Below, one piece after another: positions 24,437-36,836 of a stretch of 64,000 bases of DNA. The notes beneath the pieces were generated by a model that was given only the letters and a program-made list of their open reading frames with translations, had not been told where the DNA came from and did not search any database. The stretch lies in the NCBI GenBank assembly GCA_001179505.1, contig CDMY01000270.1:1-64000 (forward strand), written 5' to 3'. How positions within the stretch are numbered: position 1 is the first letter of the stretch; each line of letters opens with the position of its first letter. This DNA is from Vitrella brassicaformis CCMP3155. Its lineage: Eukaryota; Protista; Chromerida. The position numbers were made by a program, and so were the translations under genes.

Positions 24437-24462
24437 AGGATGGATGGATGGATGCACTCACT

Positions 24463-24498
<36 letters not shown>

Positions 24499-25868
24499 GA
24501 GAGCAGAGAGACACCGATGATCAAGTGGCGTGGATGGTCAGTGTGTCAGATCTGCATTCATGGTAGTCTTGTTTGTACAGTGGGCGGCCGGTGGGAGGGA
24601 GGGAGGGAGGCTTGGGGCGATGAGATAGATGAGATGAGTGTGTGGAGCAGGGCAGGGCAGGGCGTGTGTGTGTGTACGCATGTGTGTGCTGGCTGGATGG
24701 ATGAGTGAGTGCGATCGATAGATATCAATGGCGCCTTTTTGGTCAATCAAATGGTCTGTCTGTCTGTAATATAGATATACAACTACTAGACAAAGATGAT
24801 CGATGGACTTCATGACCGACCTGCCCGTCGTTAGGCGTGTGATGGATCATTTACTAATTCAAACGTCAGTCACCATGTTCCATTCCATAAACAGACATAC
24901 ACACACACACACACACACATGCACACACGTGCACTGCACGGCCACACACATGACGCAGCAAGAGGTACAAATGTTGATATATGATTAGATATGGGCACCA
25001 CATCACATACATGTATCACACACACATGTAGACAGGCGGGACATGCATACGAAACGAATCCACCCTCCCCTCCCCCTTGTCCACTACCAACATACAAATT
25101 AGCCTTTTCTTGTAGAGAGCGAGTAGAGAGAGAGTGAGTAGACAAACAGTGTTCGGATCGGATCTGCATATACATGTAGACAGACAGTGACCTGTGTAGG
25201 TTAGGTTGCACAAAAGCAGCTTTGGCTTAGATACACCCTTAACCCCCGTGCATCGCATCACAGCCTTACCTGAGCACAGAAAGAGGGAGACACTCACACA
25301 TACAGACATACATACATCCATAGAGAAATACACACATACGCGGCAGTCCCATGCATGGTATGCAGCACAGCACGTACTGATCGACAACACCACCAAAAAA
25401 GACTTCTCACTAGCTCACTAGACAAATACGGAACAGACACGCACCAATACACACATACACATGGAGCCAGCAGACAATTAGCGAAAAATGCCTGGCACAC
25501 AAATACATACAGAGTGCAGATAGATATAGACAGACTGACTATTGAAGCAATCATATCATCAATCAAAAGGATGGCAGGCAATTGCATTGCACACACACCG
25601 ACGAGCAAAAGCCACACAAATCACACAAATCACACAAATCCATTGATTCCATCCATCCATCCACAGGAAGTGAAGCGACATACATTCACACATACACTTC
25701 CATCCATCTACTCAATCAAGCACCGCCCCTCACACACATACAATACAGGCATAGCATACACGCTTACGCATCCACATACAGACGACACGACCTGCATCCC
25801 CCCCCGGGCCCTCAGAAAAGACCTACCCTACCCACCGCCCTGCACCCCACCTCTCTCTCCCTCTTTCA

Positions 25869-28788
25869 TTATTTCTCCCTCTCACTCTTCCGCTCTCCCG
25901 TGCTGCGGTGCTTCTTGCCCCTCGTGAGCGCCCGCACCACCGCCTTGAGCCCCTCACTGTTCAGTCCAGCAGGCGTCATCGGGTGCACTTCACCGCCGCC
26001 ATCTCCATCTCCATGCCCCTGCCTATCCCTCTCCCCAGGCACACCATCGACAGGGGCAGCTTGCTCGTCGTCAGGGTTGGGGCTAGGCTTGGGGGGATCC
26101 ACCTTGATGGGCGTGGGGTCGTGTTGCTCCACCTGCTCTTCTTCCTCCGTGCTCGGCTGCTCCAGTCTGCCCGGGTTGGTCTTGGAGCGATACTGCTGCC
26201 TCGTGTATGGCGACACGGGGAGGTCGGTGGAGGGAGAGGTGGCCGCACCGTTGGCCTGCGGGCGGCTCCTCTCAGGCGGCCGTGATTTGGACCTCGATGC
26301 CAGCCACACTGCCAGCGGGTTTGGGGTGGACACCGGCGTGGACGACATGGACCAGGGCCGCCAGGCTCGCGACGAACCGGTGGGCGGTGCGGCCTTGGTC
26401 GCCTCTGGTGTGTGTGCGTCCTCCTGTTCCTTGACGACCGCGACGCTTCTCCTGTGCGTGTCCATGCTGATGATGGCCGGAACGGGGCTGGCGTCGCCTG
26501 TCTCCCCGCTGGACGGAGTTGTCGTCATGAGCGACATCGACGGGCCGAGGGATGTCTGCGTCCGGTCACCGGCGCTCGGGGGCGCTTCGGGCTCCTCCTC
26601 TGTCGCCCTTCCTGTCTCGTCAGCACTACCAGTGGACCGGTGGGATGGAGGGACGCCGGCCTCCTCAGGGGCAGGAGGGGGATGGGCACATCGCGGCGGC
26701 CTCTTGCTGGTCGCCACCCTCCTCCCCTCGCCGTGGTTGTCGGTGTGCCGGGTCCTGCCTGGGCCTGGTTGCCTGCCGATGGGCGAGATGAGGGCCTTCA
26801 TGGGCGAGGTGCCGTGTTTGTTGCGGAGATGGTGGGGCACCGGCCCCCAGCAGAGGAAGGGGCCGCCCTCCTTCCACACATAGTAGGACCGCAGCAGCCA
26901 CAGCAGAAGCAGCAGGAACAGGGCCGCCCCGATGGCACCCACCAGCACGGGAAGCACGACGTGGTGCGTCTTGGAATTCTCGCGGAACACAGCTGCGAGC
27001 GACACGGCACAGAGACAAAGTGAGCCGGCTCAGCCAGCCGACGGGAATGTGGCTGGCACGTGTTGGTTGGCACCGCACCTGGGAGTTTGTCATTGGGCAG
27101 CGGCCAGCCACAAGCGATCTTTCTGGAGGCCATGATGGGTCGTCTGTCCCGAGTGTGGGTGATGCCGATGCCGTGGTGGGTCGTCCTGTTGTACTCGTCG
27201 TCAGCCAACTGGTGCGTGCTCCACCCCTTGAGCGAGCATGTCGTCGTGCGCATGTCATAGACCACTCCCCCACACCGCCCGTCGCCCGTGCACCACTGCT
27301 GGCACTCCTTGAATGTCTCGGCGCTCTCAGACCACAGGGCGCCGCCGCGCGACAGAGACGAGTGATCCTTCTCGTCGGCGAAACACCAGTGCACTGCACA
27401 TAAACAGAGAGACCGACAGGCGGGGATTTTTCTGTTTGTTTCTGCACGGGTTTCCCTTTGTCTGTCGGCTCTTCTCCTCTCACCGCAATATCTTGGCCCG
27501 GCTGTGCTGTTGTGGTGCTGCTGCGTCTTGTCGGCTTGTATGTGCGAGAACACCCGACAGGTGTGTGGCTCTGTGAACGAGAAGTGCCTGCATCGTGGGT
27601 GCGCCTGGCAGGTCCGCTGGCAGTCCTTTGCCGACGATATGGGGAAGGACGGGTAGCCCAGGTCGCCCAGCACGGGATTCCTTATCGGCACCGTCAGCTC
27701 GCCGCCAGCCGATGGCTGGTACCGCGTCGCCTTCTCATAGCAAAAGTCTCTGCCTGAAAAACACAGATAAGCGCTCCCCCAGTGAGAGAATAACCACCAT
27801 CGCGCAGCGTCATTCTGACCATAAGGGTCCGGTAGTGTGGTCATATCCGAGTGCCTCAGGGCGATCGTCAGCCGTCCGCCCTCCTGCCGGACGGTGCTCT
27901 TGCTGAAGTCGCTCCGGCTCAGTAGGAAGGAGGATTCCACCAGCACCCAGTCGCCCCCCTTCCAGGCCTCAAGCACCTTGCCGTCCTTGGAGAAATGCTC
28001 CTCATACGCGGGGGTGAAGGCTCTCGTCTGCAGGTCGTAGTCCCACACGCGCACCCAGTCAAACTCCGCCCTGGCCGGGAGGGCACATGATTTGTCGTCG
28101 AATGCGCCGCCCCAGTCCTCGATATAGGGGTGCACCACCCACACCGACTGGTGCAGCTCCATCGGCCGGGAGGGGACGCTCACGTCGTCGTCGCCGTCTG
28201 ATACATACCTGATTTCAGTGCCGTCGACGAGCCACCTGACGTACTCTGGCGTCCACTCAATGGCGAAGGTGTGGAGCCTCTCGGCGAAGGACATGCCATC
28301 GGGGCTGTGGTGTAGCTGCTGTGAGAGTGTGCGGTTGCCGTCGACCCCTCCGATAATATTGGTCTGGAGCGTGGCTGCGTCGTCCTTGCCGAACACCTCC
28401 ACGTCGATCTCCTGCCACCCGTTGCTGTCATCCTCGCTCTTGGGGTTGTACAGAAAGAACGACACCTGACAGACAAGCAGAAGGGACAGGGATACGCACA
28501 CACATGCCGTACGTCTGTCTGCCTGTCTGTCTGTCTTTGAGTGTCCGCTCTTGTAGGTCTTACGAGCACGCCGCTGCAGTTGATGGCCTGAAGGCGCGAC
28601 TCGAACCGGCCGTAGAGGTAGACGTCCTTGGAGATGGCCCCTCCGCCCTGCAGCAGCTTCTGGCAGCTCCCCCACCGGGCGTCGAAGGCCAGCCCGCCGT
28701 CCTCGCCATCAGAGGGGCACTGGGACACGACGACCGTCACAAACAAGAAGGAGAGCCAACTAGAGGAACAAGGAAGCAGCCGGCGCAT
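25869..28788 (-). CDS. Type I membrane protein: signal peptide - GH16 beta-glucanase (circularly permuted type) - 2x PAN/apple - TM - long low-complexity cytoplasmic tail
   Basis: Exons 28788-28564, 28465-27820, 27753-27484, 27393-27079 and 26992-25869. GH16 motifs YLYGRFESRL, SG.LVSFFLY, WQEIDVE (catalytic ExDxE at 28397-28411) and HTFAIEWTPEYVRWLVDG. PAN motifs SAKDCQRTCQAHPRCRHFSF..C and ECQQWCTGDGRCGGVVY..CSLK. TM segment VVLPVLVGAIGAALFLLLLLWLL. Confidence 0.88.
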
Positions 28789-28861
28789 AATCCAGTGGGG
28801 TGTGTGTGTTGTACGATTATTTCATCCTCGACCTTTCATTCATCGCGAGTAGAGGAAAAGA

Positions 28862-30496
28862 ATGGGGAATGACGTGACGGTGCCCAGCAGCCGGCAGGCC
28901 CTGCCGCCGGCCAGGGAGAACGAGGCCATCGATTTCATCCACAGCCTGGGGCGGGATGCCATCCACACACTCGAGGGCATCGGCATACTCAGATGCACGG
29001 CCGCCTTCCTATCGCAGATAGACTTCTCGGCCGCCGTCCTCCGCAATCGGCTGGGGCGCTGCCTGGCGGCCAAACACCTCGACGGCATCATCGCATTCGA
29101 TTTGCAGCTGGGGACCAAGCTCGTGTTGAAGGCCATCTGGCTGGTGGACACGTAGCAGTGGACCGAGGTAGCCAATGCGCTGAAGGTGGCGGCGCAGCGC
29201 GGCTTCTGTCAGCTGCCCATCACACTGGCTGTGGCCGACCTGCAGCGTCACGATAGCAAACAGGTGGGCAGATGAGCGTGGGGCGGGGGGGGGGGCACTC
29301 ATCGGTTTGTCTGTCTGTCTGTCTGTGTAGGCGTATTTGGCCGATGTGCGTGTGATTGCGTTGTGGAAGATGGTCGGCAGACACGTCAACTTCGGCGGCA
29401 GCTACGGCCGTTTTGAGCTGTTTGACCAGCCGGGCGGCGGTGTGCGTGCCATCAAGGACGAGTCGGGCTTCGAGCTGGACATCAACCCGCCCCTCCCCCC
29501 CNNNNNNNNNNNNNNNNNNNNNNNNNNNNNNNNNNNNNNNNNNNNNNNNNNNNNNNNNNNNNNNNNNNNNNNNNNNNNNNNNNNNNNNNNNNNNNNNNNN
29601 NNNNNNNNNNNNNNNNNNNNNNNNNNNNNNNNNNNNNNNNNNNNNNNNNNNNNNNNNNNNNNNNNNNNNNNNNNNNNNNNNNNNNNNNNNNNNNNNNNNN
29701 NNNNNNNNNNNNNNNNNNNNNNNNNNNNNNNNNNNNNNNNNNNNNNNNNNNNNNNNNNNNNNNNNNNNNNNNNNNNNNNNNNNNNNNNNNNNNNNNNNNN
29801 NCCCCTCCCCCCCGCCCACCCATACCACACACACCATCAACGACAACCCGCCCGTCAGATCCACAATCGGCCTGCCGGGGGGCAGCTGGACGGTCGGTGG
29901 TGCGGCGCTCACTCAGGCCTCGACGTCGTCCTTCATCATGAGGACCATCCTGCGGGCCGGGCATTGGGGCGCCACTCCATTGGTTCGAGTGAACCGGTAT
30001 GCAGGACACACCACACACCACACTCATCAGACACACATCCATCCATCCATGACGGCCTCTTCCCTCTGTTCTCTTCAGGCATGCCCACGGCGGTGTGCTG
30101 GACGGCCTCCTCAACCAGTCGCCCCACCAGCCGCCCCACCGATGCACCGCCGTCATGGCGGGCAGGTTGGACGATAAGGTTCCCCCTGTAGAGACTCGGA
30201 TTCTGCTGCTGACGCCGTTCGACAGCCCATTCGTCGCATCGATCGTTCTCCTCACACGTGCCAACATTAACACAGGTGAGGCGTCACAGATACTCTGGTG
30301 ATGGAGCCGTCCTTTGACGTGTGCTGATTCGGTGGCTGCAGTGGGTGTGTATGCCCTCACCAACGAGCCACCAGTAGGTGGTGCATCGGCTGCCTTCAAG
30401 GACCGCCGGCCCGCCACCGCCCCGCTGGTGGGCCGCCCGCTGGGCAGCACCATCGCAGACATGGTGGTCAACCAGAAAGAGGCAACTAGGCAATAA
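28862..30496 (+). pseudogene. Decayed copy of a lineage-specific multicopy 'MGN...' gene family
   Basis: Homologous to the copies at 61898 and 63378 (DFSAAVL.NRL.RCLAAK.L..IIAFD.QL..LLKAIWLVDT.QWTEVANAL..RGFCQLPITLAVAD.QRHDSKQ). Has an in-frame TAG at 29153-29155 where the others have CAG, an apparent frameshift near 29830 and a further stop at 30299-30301. Interrupted by a gap. Confidence 0.75.
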
Positions 30497-30942
30497 AGGT
30501 AGGTGAGTGTCGAAGTGAAATGGGTGCTCCATCTATCTCTCTGTGTTGGATGTGTATGTGTGTTGTGGTGTGTGCAGGTGGGCGAGGCGAGGTGACGCGA
30601 CGCGACGCCTGGTGGGAAGGGACTGGTGAATGGGGGAGGATATGAACGACGCGGGCGTGAGGGCAGTCTGGGCATGCCCATGTGTGTGCCTCAGTTGATT
30701 GGCCTGTGAGCCCATGGTGGCTGGCATGGCGTGTGGTGTGAAGGCGAGAGGGGGACTGTAGCTGGTGCATGATGCATGGATGGATTGACACACGTCGGTC
30801 GATGGACACTTCATGTTTGACACTCAGCAAGTCTCACGGAAAACCCATGTTCTTCCCTTTCTCTCCCCAGTCAGTATTTTAATCGCCGGTTTGTGAACGA
30901 AAGTTAAGTTTGTGTCCAGACGGACAATCGACCCGACCTCAC

Positions 30943-31720
30943 TTACTTAAGTAACTTGCACACGCAGTCAGCACCATGCCATGCGTCCAGTATTCCTCCA
31001 TGTTTCACTCTCATGGTCCTTCCAACACACCCGTACATACCAAATGTCACCCACAGCAGCACATCTGTCCCACTCGTCCATCGACCCATCCACTGCCGCT
31101 TACAGTGCTCCGTCCCCCTGTGACACTCCCGCAGCGCCCCATGACCACCTTCATCTGATCTCCCATCGCCTGCTCGACCATGCCTCTCGCGAACAGCCGA
31201 CTGGGCGGCTGCTGCAACAACATGCCCTGGATCAGCTGCGGCACGTCCTACAGCCGACAGAGGCCGGGGCTGTGAGCTCCTGTCCCTCCCATGGTCTCCA
31301 TCCCTGTCGGCGTCGTCTCGTCTGCCCTTGTCGTCCTGCCTGCTGCTGGTGGGGCACCGCTGTGAGGGCTGTGAAGGGGCGGTGTCGGCCATGTCGACGT
31401 GGAAGGCCATGATGGTCGGGCCGAGCAGATGCCACGCCACAGTGATCAGCAGACATAGAATGACGATCAGCGCTATCAAGATCTCGATGGCAAGCACCTG
31501 AAAGATCCACCACAGACACGCACACGGCATTCATCCACCCGTGCATGGACGTGGCTGCCTGCGTGTGTGCCTTTGCTTCTGTTCTTGCTCACTCACTCAC
31601 CACGCTGGGAGTGTGTGTCGTGGCCTTTGCGTCTGTATCGACGCCGTACTGCATCACATACTCGGCGATGTACTCCAGGTCATCGTCGTGGTCCGGCACC
31701 AACCGAGGCTCCTCAAACAT
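30943..31720 (-). CDS. Hypothetical small single-pass membrane protein
   Basis: MFEEPRLVPDHDDDLEYIAEYV..PSV, then a GTGAG..CAG intron, then VLAIEILIALIVILCLLITVAWHLLG (TM) and a charged low-complexity tail. The 3' end is uncertain. Confidence 0.45.
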
Positions 31721-31945
31721 CTCGCTTCTTGCTGCCGATTGCTTGCTCTTGTGCCCCGCCGCTGTGCCTTCGTCAACTCTTGGGCGAGAATCGCGACGTG
31801 GACGGGTTAGGGTTGAGCTCGCAATCCTGCCTCATACCAGCCTGCGCCAGACCGCTTTCTCCGTCTCTGTGCATCGCTCTCCCTCTTGGCTGAAGCAATC
31901 AGCAAGCAAGCGGCCGCGTGCATCTGTGTGTGAGTCATCGACGCC

Positions 31946-34707
31946 ATGGCAAGTGAGGGTGAGATGGAGACGTTCGCCTTCAATGCTGACATCCAGCAGC
32001 TGATGTCGCTGATCATCAACACCTTCTACTCCAACAAGGAGATCTTCCTTCGGGAGCTCATCTCCAACAGCAGCGACGCCCTCGACAAGATCCGGTACGA
32101 GTCCATCACCGACCCGGACAAGATCAAGGAGCAGCCCAACTTCTACATCCGCATCATCCCCGACAAAAGCGCCAACACACTCACCATCGAGGACTCGGGC
32201 ATCGGCATGACCAAAACCGACCTCATCAACAACCTCGGTGAGTCAGTCAAAGAGGCAGGGTGTGGGAGACACGCATGCGACGGGAGGGGGGACGGGGAGG
32301 GGGGCAAGGGTGCATGTGTGGGTGTGGGGACACGCTGGCACGGCACACGCATGGCATGCGCCCACATGCACACCTCTACGACATGTCTCTCTGCATGCCA
32401 TGCCATGTGTGCGTGTGTGTGTGTGCGTGTCTCCCCTCCCTCTCAGGCACCATTGCCCGTTCTGGGACCAAGGCATTCATGGAGGCCCTGACTGCCGGCA
32501 CCGGTGACATCAGCATGATCGGCCAGTTCGGTGTGGGTTTCTACTCTGCCTACCTGGTGGCCGACAAGGTGACGGTCATGTCCAAGCACAACGACGACGA
32601 CCAGTACATCTGGGAGTCGTCGGCAGGCGGCTCATTCACCGTCTCCAAGGACCCTTCAGGCGACGTACCCAGGGGCACACGCATCATCCTCCACCTCAAG
32701 GAGGACCAGGTACGTAGGTGACACGACCGACCCACACACGCCACAGCGGCCGACACACGAGAGGCGTACACACGTGGGTCGTGTGTGGTCTGTCAGTCTG
32801 AGTACTTGGAGGAGCGTCGTCTGAAGGACCTGGTCAAGAAGCACAGCGAGTTCATTGGCTTCCCCATCGAGCTGTCTGTCGAGAAGACCACTGAGAAGGA
32901 GGTCGACGATGAGGAGGAAGAGGAGGAGGAGAAGAAGGTACGCCACCACCACCCCCCCCACACACCCCTACCCACCCAGAGAGCCAGTGGGATAGATACA
33001 TGACGCCTTGTCTGTGTGTGTGGGTGTTGTGTGGTCGTGCGTGGCATGGCATGCAGGATGAGGATGAGGAGAAGAAGGATGAGGAGGAGAAGGACGAGGA
33101 GGAGCCCAAGATCGAGGACGAGGACGAGAAGGAAGAGAAGAAAGTCAGCCACACCCACACCGCACCCGCACCCGACCAGAACCATATGCGCTAACACCTG
33201 TGTGGTGTGGTGTGGTGGCCTGTGTCACGGTGTGTGCACGTGTAGGAGAAGAAAAAGAAGAAGGTCAAGGAGGTGACGAAGGAGTTTGAGCAGATCAACA
33301 AGAACAAGCCCATCTGGATGCGCAAGCCAGAGGACGTCACCACCGAGGAGTACGCCTCCTTCTACAAGTCCATCACAAACGACTGGGAGGAACACCTCAT
33401 CGTCAAACACTTCTCAGTCGAAGGTGCGTACGCCATCACATCACATCGCCACACACACACTTGCGCCTCCCCCCCCATGTGCACGTGTGTGTGCAGGTCA
33501 GTTGGAGTTCAAGGCGTTGCTGTTCGTCCCCCGCCGCGCGCCGTTCGACCTCTTCGAGACGCGCAAGAAGCGCAACAACATCAAGCTGTACGTCAGGCGG
33601 GTCTTCATCATGGACGACTGCGAGGAGCTCATCCCAGAGTGGCTCAACTTCGTCAAGGTCAGTTCAGTCACCACACACGACACAGACAGACGGACTCATG
33701 TGGCGCACTGATGCGTGTGTGTGTGTGTGTGCAGGGTGTGGTCGATTCCGAGGATCTGCCGCTGAACATCTCTCGGGAGTCGCTGCAGCAGAACAAGATC
33801 CTGAAGGTGATCCGGAAGAACCTCGTCAAGAAGTGCCTGGAGATGTTTGCCGAGCTGACCGAGAAGAAGGACGACTACAAGAAGTTCTACGAGCAGTTCT
33901 CCAAGAACCTCAAACTCGGCATCCACGAGGACACCACCAACAGGATCAAGGTCAGCTCAGCTGCTGCGCCACATACACAACACATCCACACACGTGTCTG
34001 TGTCCATCATACCAGCCATGTATGTGTGTGTGCGTGTGTGTGGTGTGTCATCCATCGTGCGTGCAGATCGCTGAGTTGCTGCGCTTCCACACGAGCAAGA
34101 GCGGCGAGGAGCAGATCAGCTTCAAGGAGTATGTCGATCGCATGAAGGAGGGCCAGAAAGACATCTTCTACATCACCGGCGAGTCCAAGGCCGCCGTCGA
34201 GCACTCCCCCTTCCTCGAGACGCTCCGCAAGAAGGGCATCGAGGTCATCTACATGGTCGACCCCATCGACGAGTACTGCGTCCAACAACTCAAGGCAAGC
34301 TACACCTCCCAATCAGATACCCACACGCCACCGCACACACGTGTGTCTGTCTGTATGTCTGACTCTCTCTCTCTCTGTGTGGCAGGAGTTTGACGGCAAG
34401 AAGCTGCGGTGCTGCACCAAGGAGGGTTTGGACCTCGAGGACGACGAGGACGAGAAGAAGAAGTTCGAGGAGCTCAAGGAGGAGTTCGAGCCGCTCTGCA
34501 AGCTCATGAAGGAGGTCCTCCACGACAAGGTCGAGAAGGTCGTCGTCGGCCAGCGCATCTCGGACTCGCCCTGCGTCCTCGTCACCTCCGAGTTCGGATG
34601 GAGCGCAAACATGGAGAGGATCATGAAGGCACAGGTGGGTGGGCACCCACCTGACACACCTCACGACACCCACACACAGGAAGGAGGAGAATGCGCGCAT
34701 CGATCGG

Positions 34708-34743
<36 letters not shown>

Positions 34744-35194
34744 TGATGTGTTACAGGCGCTGCGTGACAACAGCATGACGACGTATATGGTGTCGCGCAA
34801 GACGATGGAGATCAACCCCAAGCACAGCATCATGGTGGAGCTCAAGAAGAAGGCGTCGGCGGACAAGTCCGACAAGACCGTCAAGGACCTCATCTGGCTC
34901 CTCTTCGACACCTCTCTCCTCACCTCCGGCTTCTCCCTCGATGACCCCACCCAGTTCGCCGGCCGCATCCACCGCATGATCAAACTCGGACTCTCCATCG
35001 ACGAGGACGAGGAGGCACCAGGTATGGATGCCAGCCAGAGAGGGGAGGGGACAGGTGCGCGTCTTCCTGCGTGCATATGTGTGTGTGTGTGTGTGTCGTG
35101 TGTGGTGTGTGTGTCAGCTGAGGAGGACCTGCCGCCACTGGAGGAGGTCGAGGGCGCCGAGGTGGAGGCATCCAAGATGGAGGAGGTCGACTAA
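31946..35194 (+). CDS. HSP90: Cytosolic heat shock protein 90
   Basis: [65 protein letters not shown] and C-terminal MEEVD. About 10 introns. Confidence 0.99.
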
Positions 35195-36836
35195 ACTCAC
35201 ACACATCCGCTCTATCCTCATCCACTCGCTCCCACTACCCACTAGCCTAGCCTAGTCTGTTTTGCTGCGTGTCCCTCTGTGTGTGTGAGTGTGTGTCTGT
35301 GTGTGCGTGACTTGTGTTGTGTGTGTGTGGGTGTTTTGTCCATCAATCTGTGTGATTTCCTTTTCGGTGTGTCGTGTGACGTGACATACATAAACGATCT
35401 ACACACACACGCATTGCATTCACACACACATGACCTGACATGGGGGAGAGAAGTGGACCAGCCACATGGATGGATGCCGTGCTTATGTGAGTGACACGCA
35501 TGGCATGGCAGAGCAGAGGAGTGGTGGGTTGGGTGCCTCAGGCGCTCAGGGTTTTGGAGCCACGGACAGGCAGACTGACTGACTGACTCTTTTGCCCATG
35601 TCAAGCTTGTGTCAAGAGACTGGCCTTGTGTCTCGTTCTGGGGCGGCCAATGGATCGTCCGTGTCGTGGATGAGCTGGCATGGATCGACACGTTGGCGGC
35701 TGCAGGCCTAGACTGGGCCAGAGCTCTGACACAGACATGGGACGGAGAATACACAGACAGACAGAGCTGGAAGGAAGGTTGAAAGAAAGGTATCTCGTGA
35801 GTCTCTCTGCGACCTGTCGGTGATGCACCCTTCGGATGATCCTCGTGCTTGTACGGGGGAGGCTGTACGGGGAGCTGTTAACCCAGCTTTCCGGACTGCC
35901 TTCACCGTGGGGGGCGAAGGAGCACCCGAAAGGCACACCGACTGTCGGCGTGCATGAACATGTGAATGAGCATGGATGGCTGGATCCTTTATCCTCTCAC
36001 CGATCCAGCGACTGCCTGCCTCCCACTCTCCTTGGCCTTTTTCCGTCGTGTGTGTGTGAAGGTGCGTGTGAGCGTGACCACGTGGCGGCGTGTCGGAGGA
36101 CAGCCGGCCCACTGGGAGCACTGACTGCATGGGACACTGGTGGATTGCAATTGGTGGAGTGTTCATTGAACGTGCTGCATGGCCATGATGGATGTTGTCG
36201 GGTTTAATGCGTTTTTCTTCTGAACACGTGTGTCTCGTGTGCGGTGTGAGTGTGTGTGTGGTGGGCGGACTCACGTGTGTGTATGTGTGTGGTGTGGTGT
36301 GGTGATGTGTGGACCGACCCTTCTGTAGATGCTTTTGCCATCCACACGTGAACATCTTGATACTTGCGTGCATAAGTTTGTTTATGAGACTGACCAGTCG
36401 GCACCCGATGGATTCATAAAGGATCTCGCATTGACGTCAAGATTCATACGCTCACACACACACACTTACACACACACGCTTTTGGCTGGCCTTGGCCCTC
36501 CCATCTCGTCATCGAGCTGGCGGAGACGTTCTCTGGCACCATGCGAGCACATGGCACCAGAGGCCGTCTCCGCCAGCTTGTCGAGAAGACGGCAGAACAC
36601 TCACCAGTGTCTCAACGCGCGCAGACGTGTCCGTCTGCTATGCTACACACCGCCTCGTCTAAGAGTTCTCATCTCACCTCATCGCCAGCTGAGCTATGCA
36701 CAGAAGATCTCGAGTGGGTCTGCACAATCAGTACTAAGGAAACGAGTGAACGAATGCACCATTATTCAGTCAGCCAGCCAAGGACAGAAGGACGAGGACG
36801 GATTCTACAGGTATCCGGATGGGTGGTGGCTCTCGC

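Noticed and set aside
35600-36830. ORFs of 110-220 aa between HSP90 and the carrier gene
   Set aside because: Low-complexity or motif-free translations with no coherent splice model; probably UTR or spacer.
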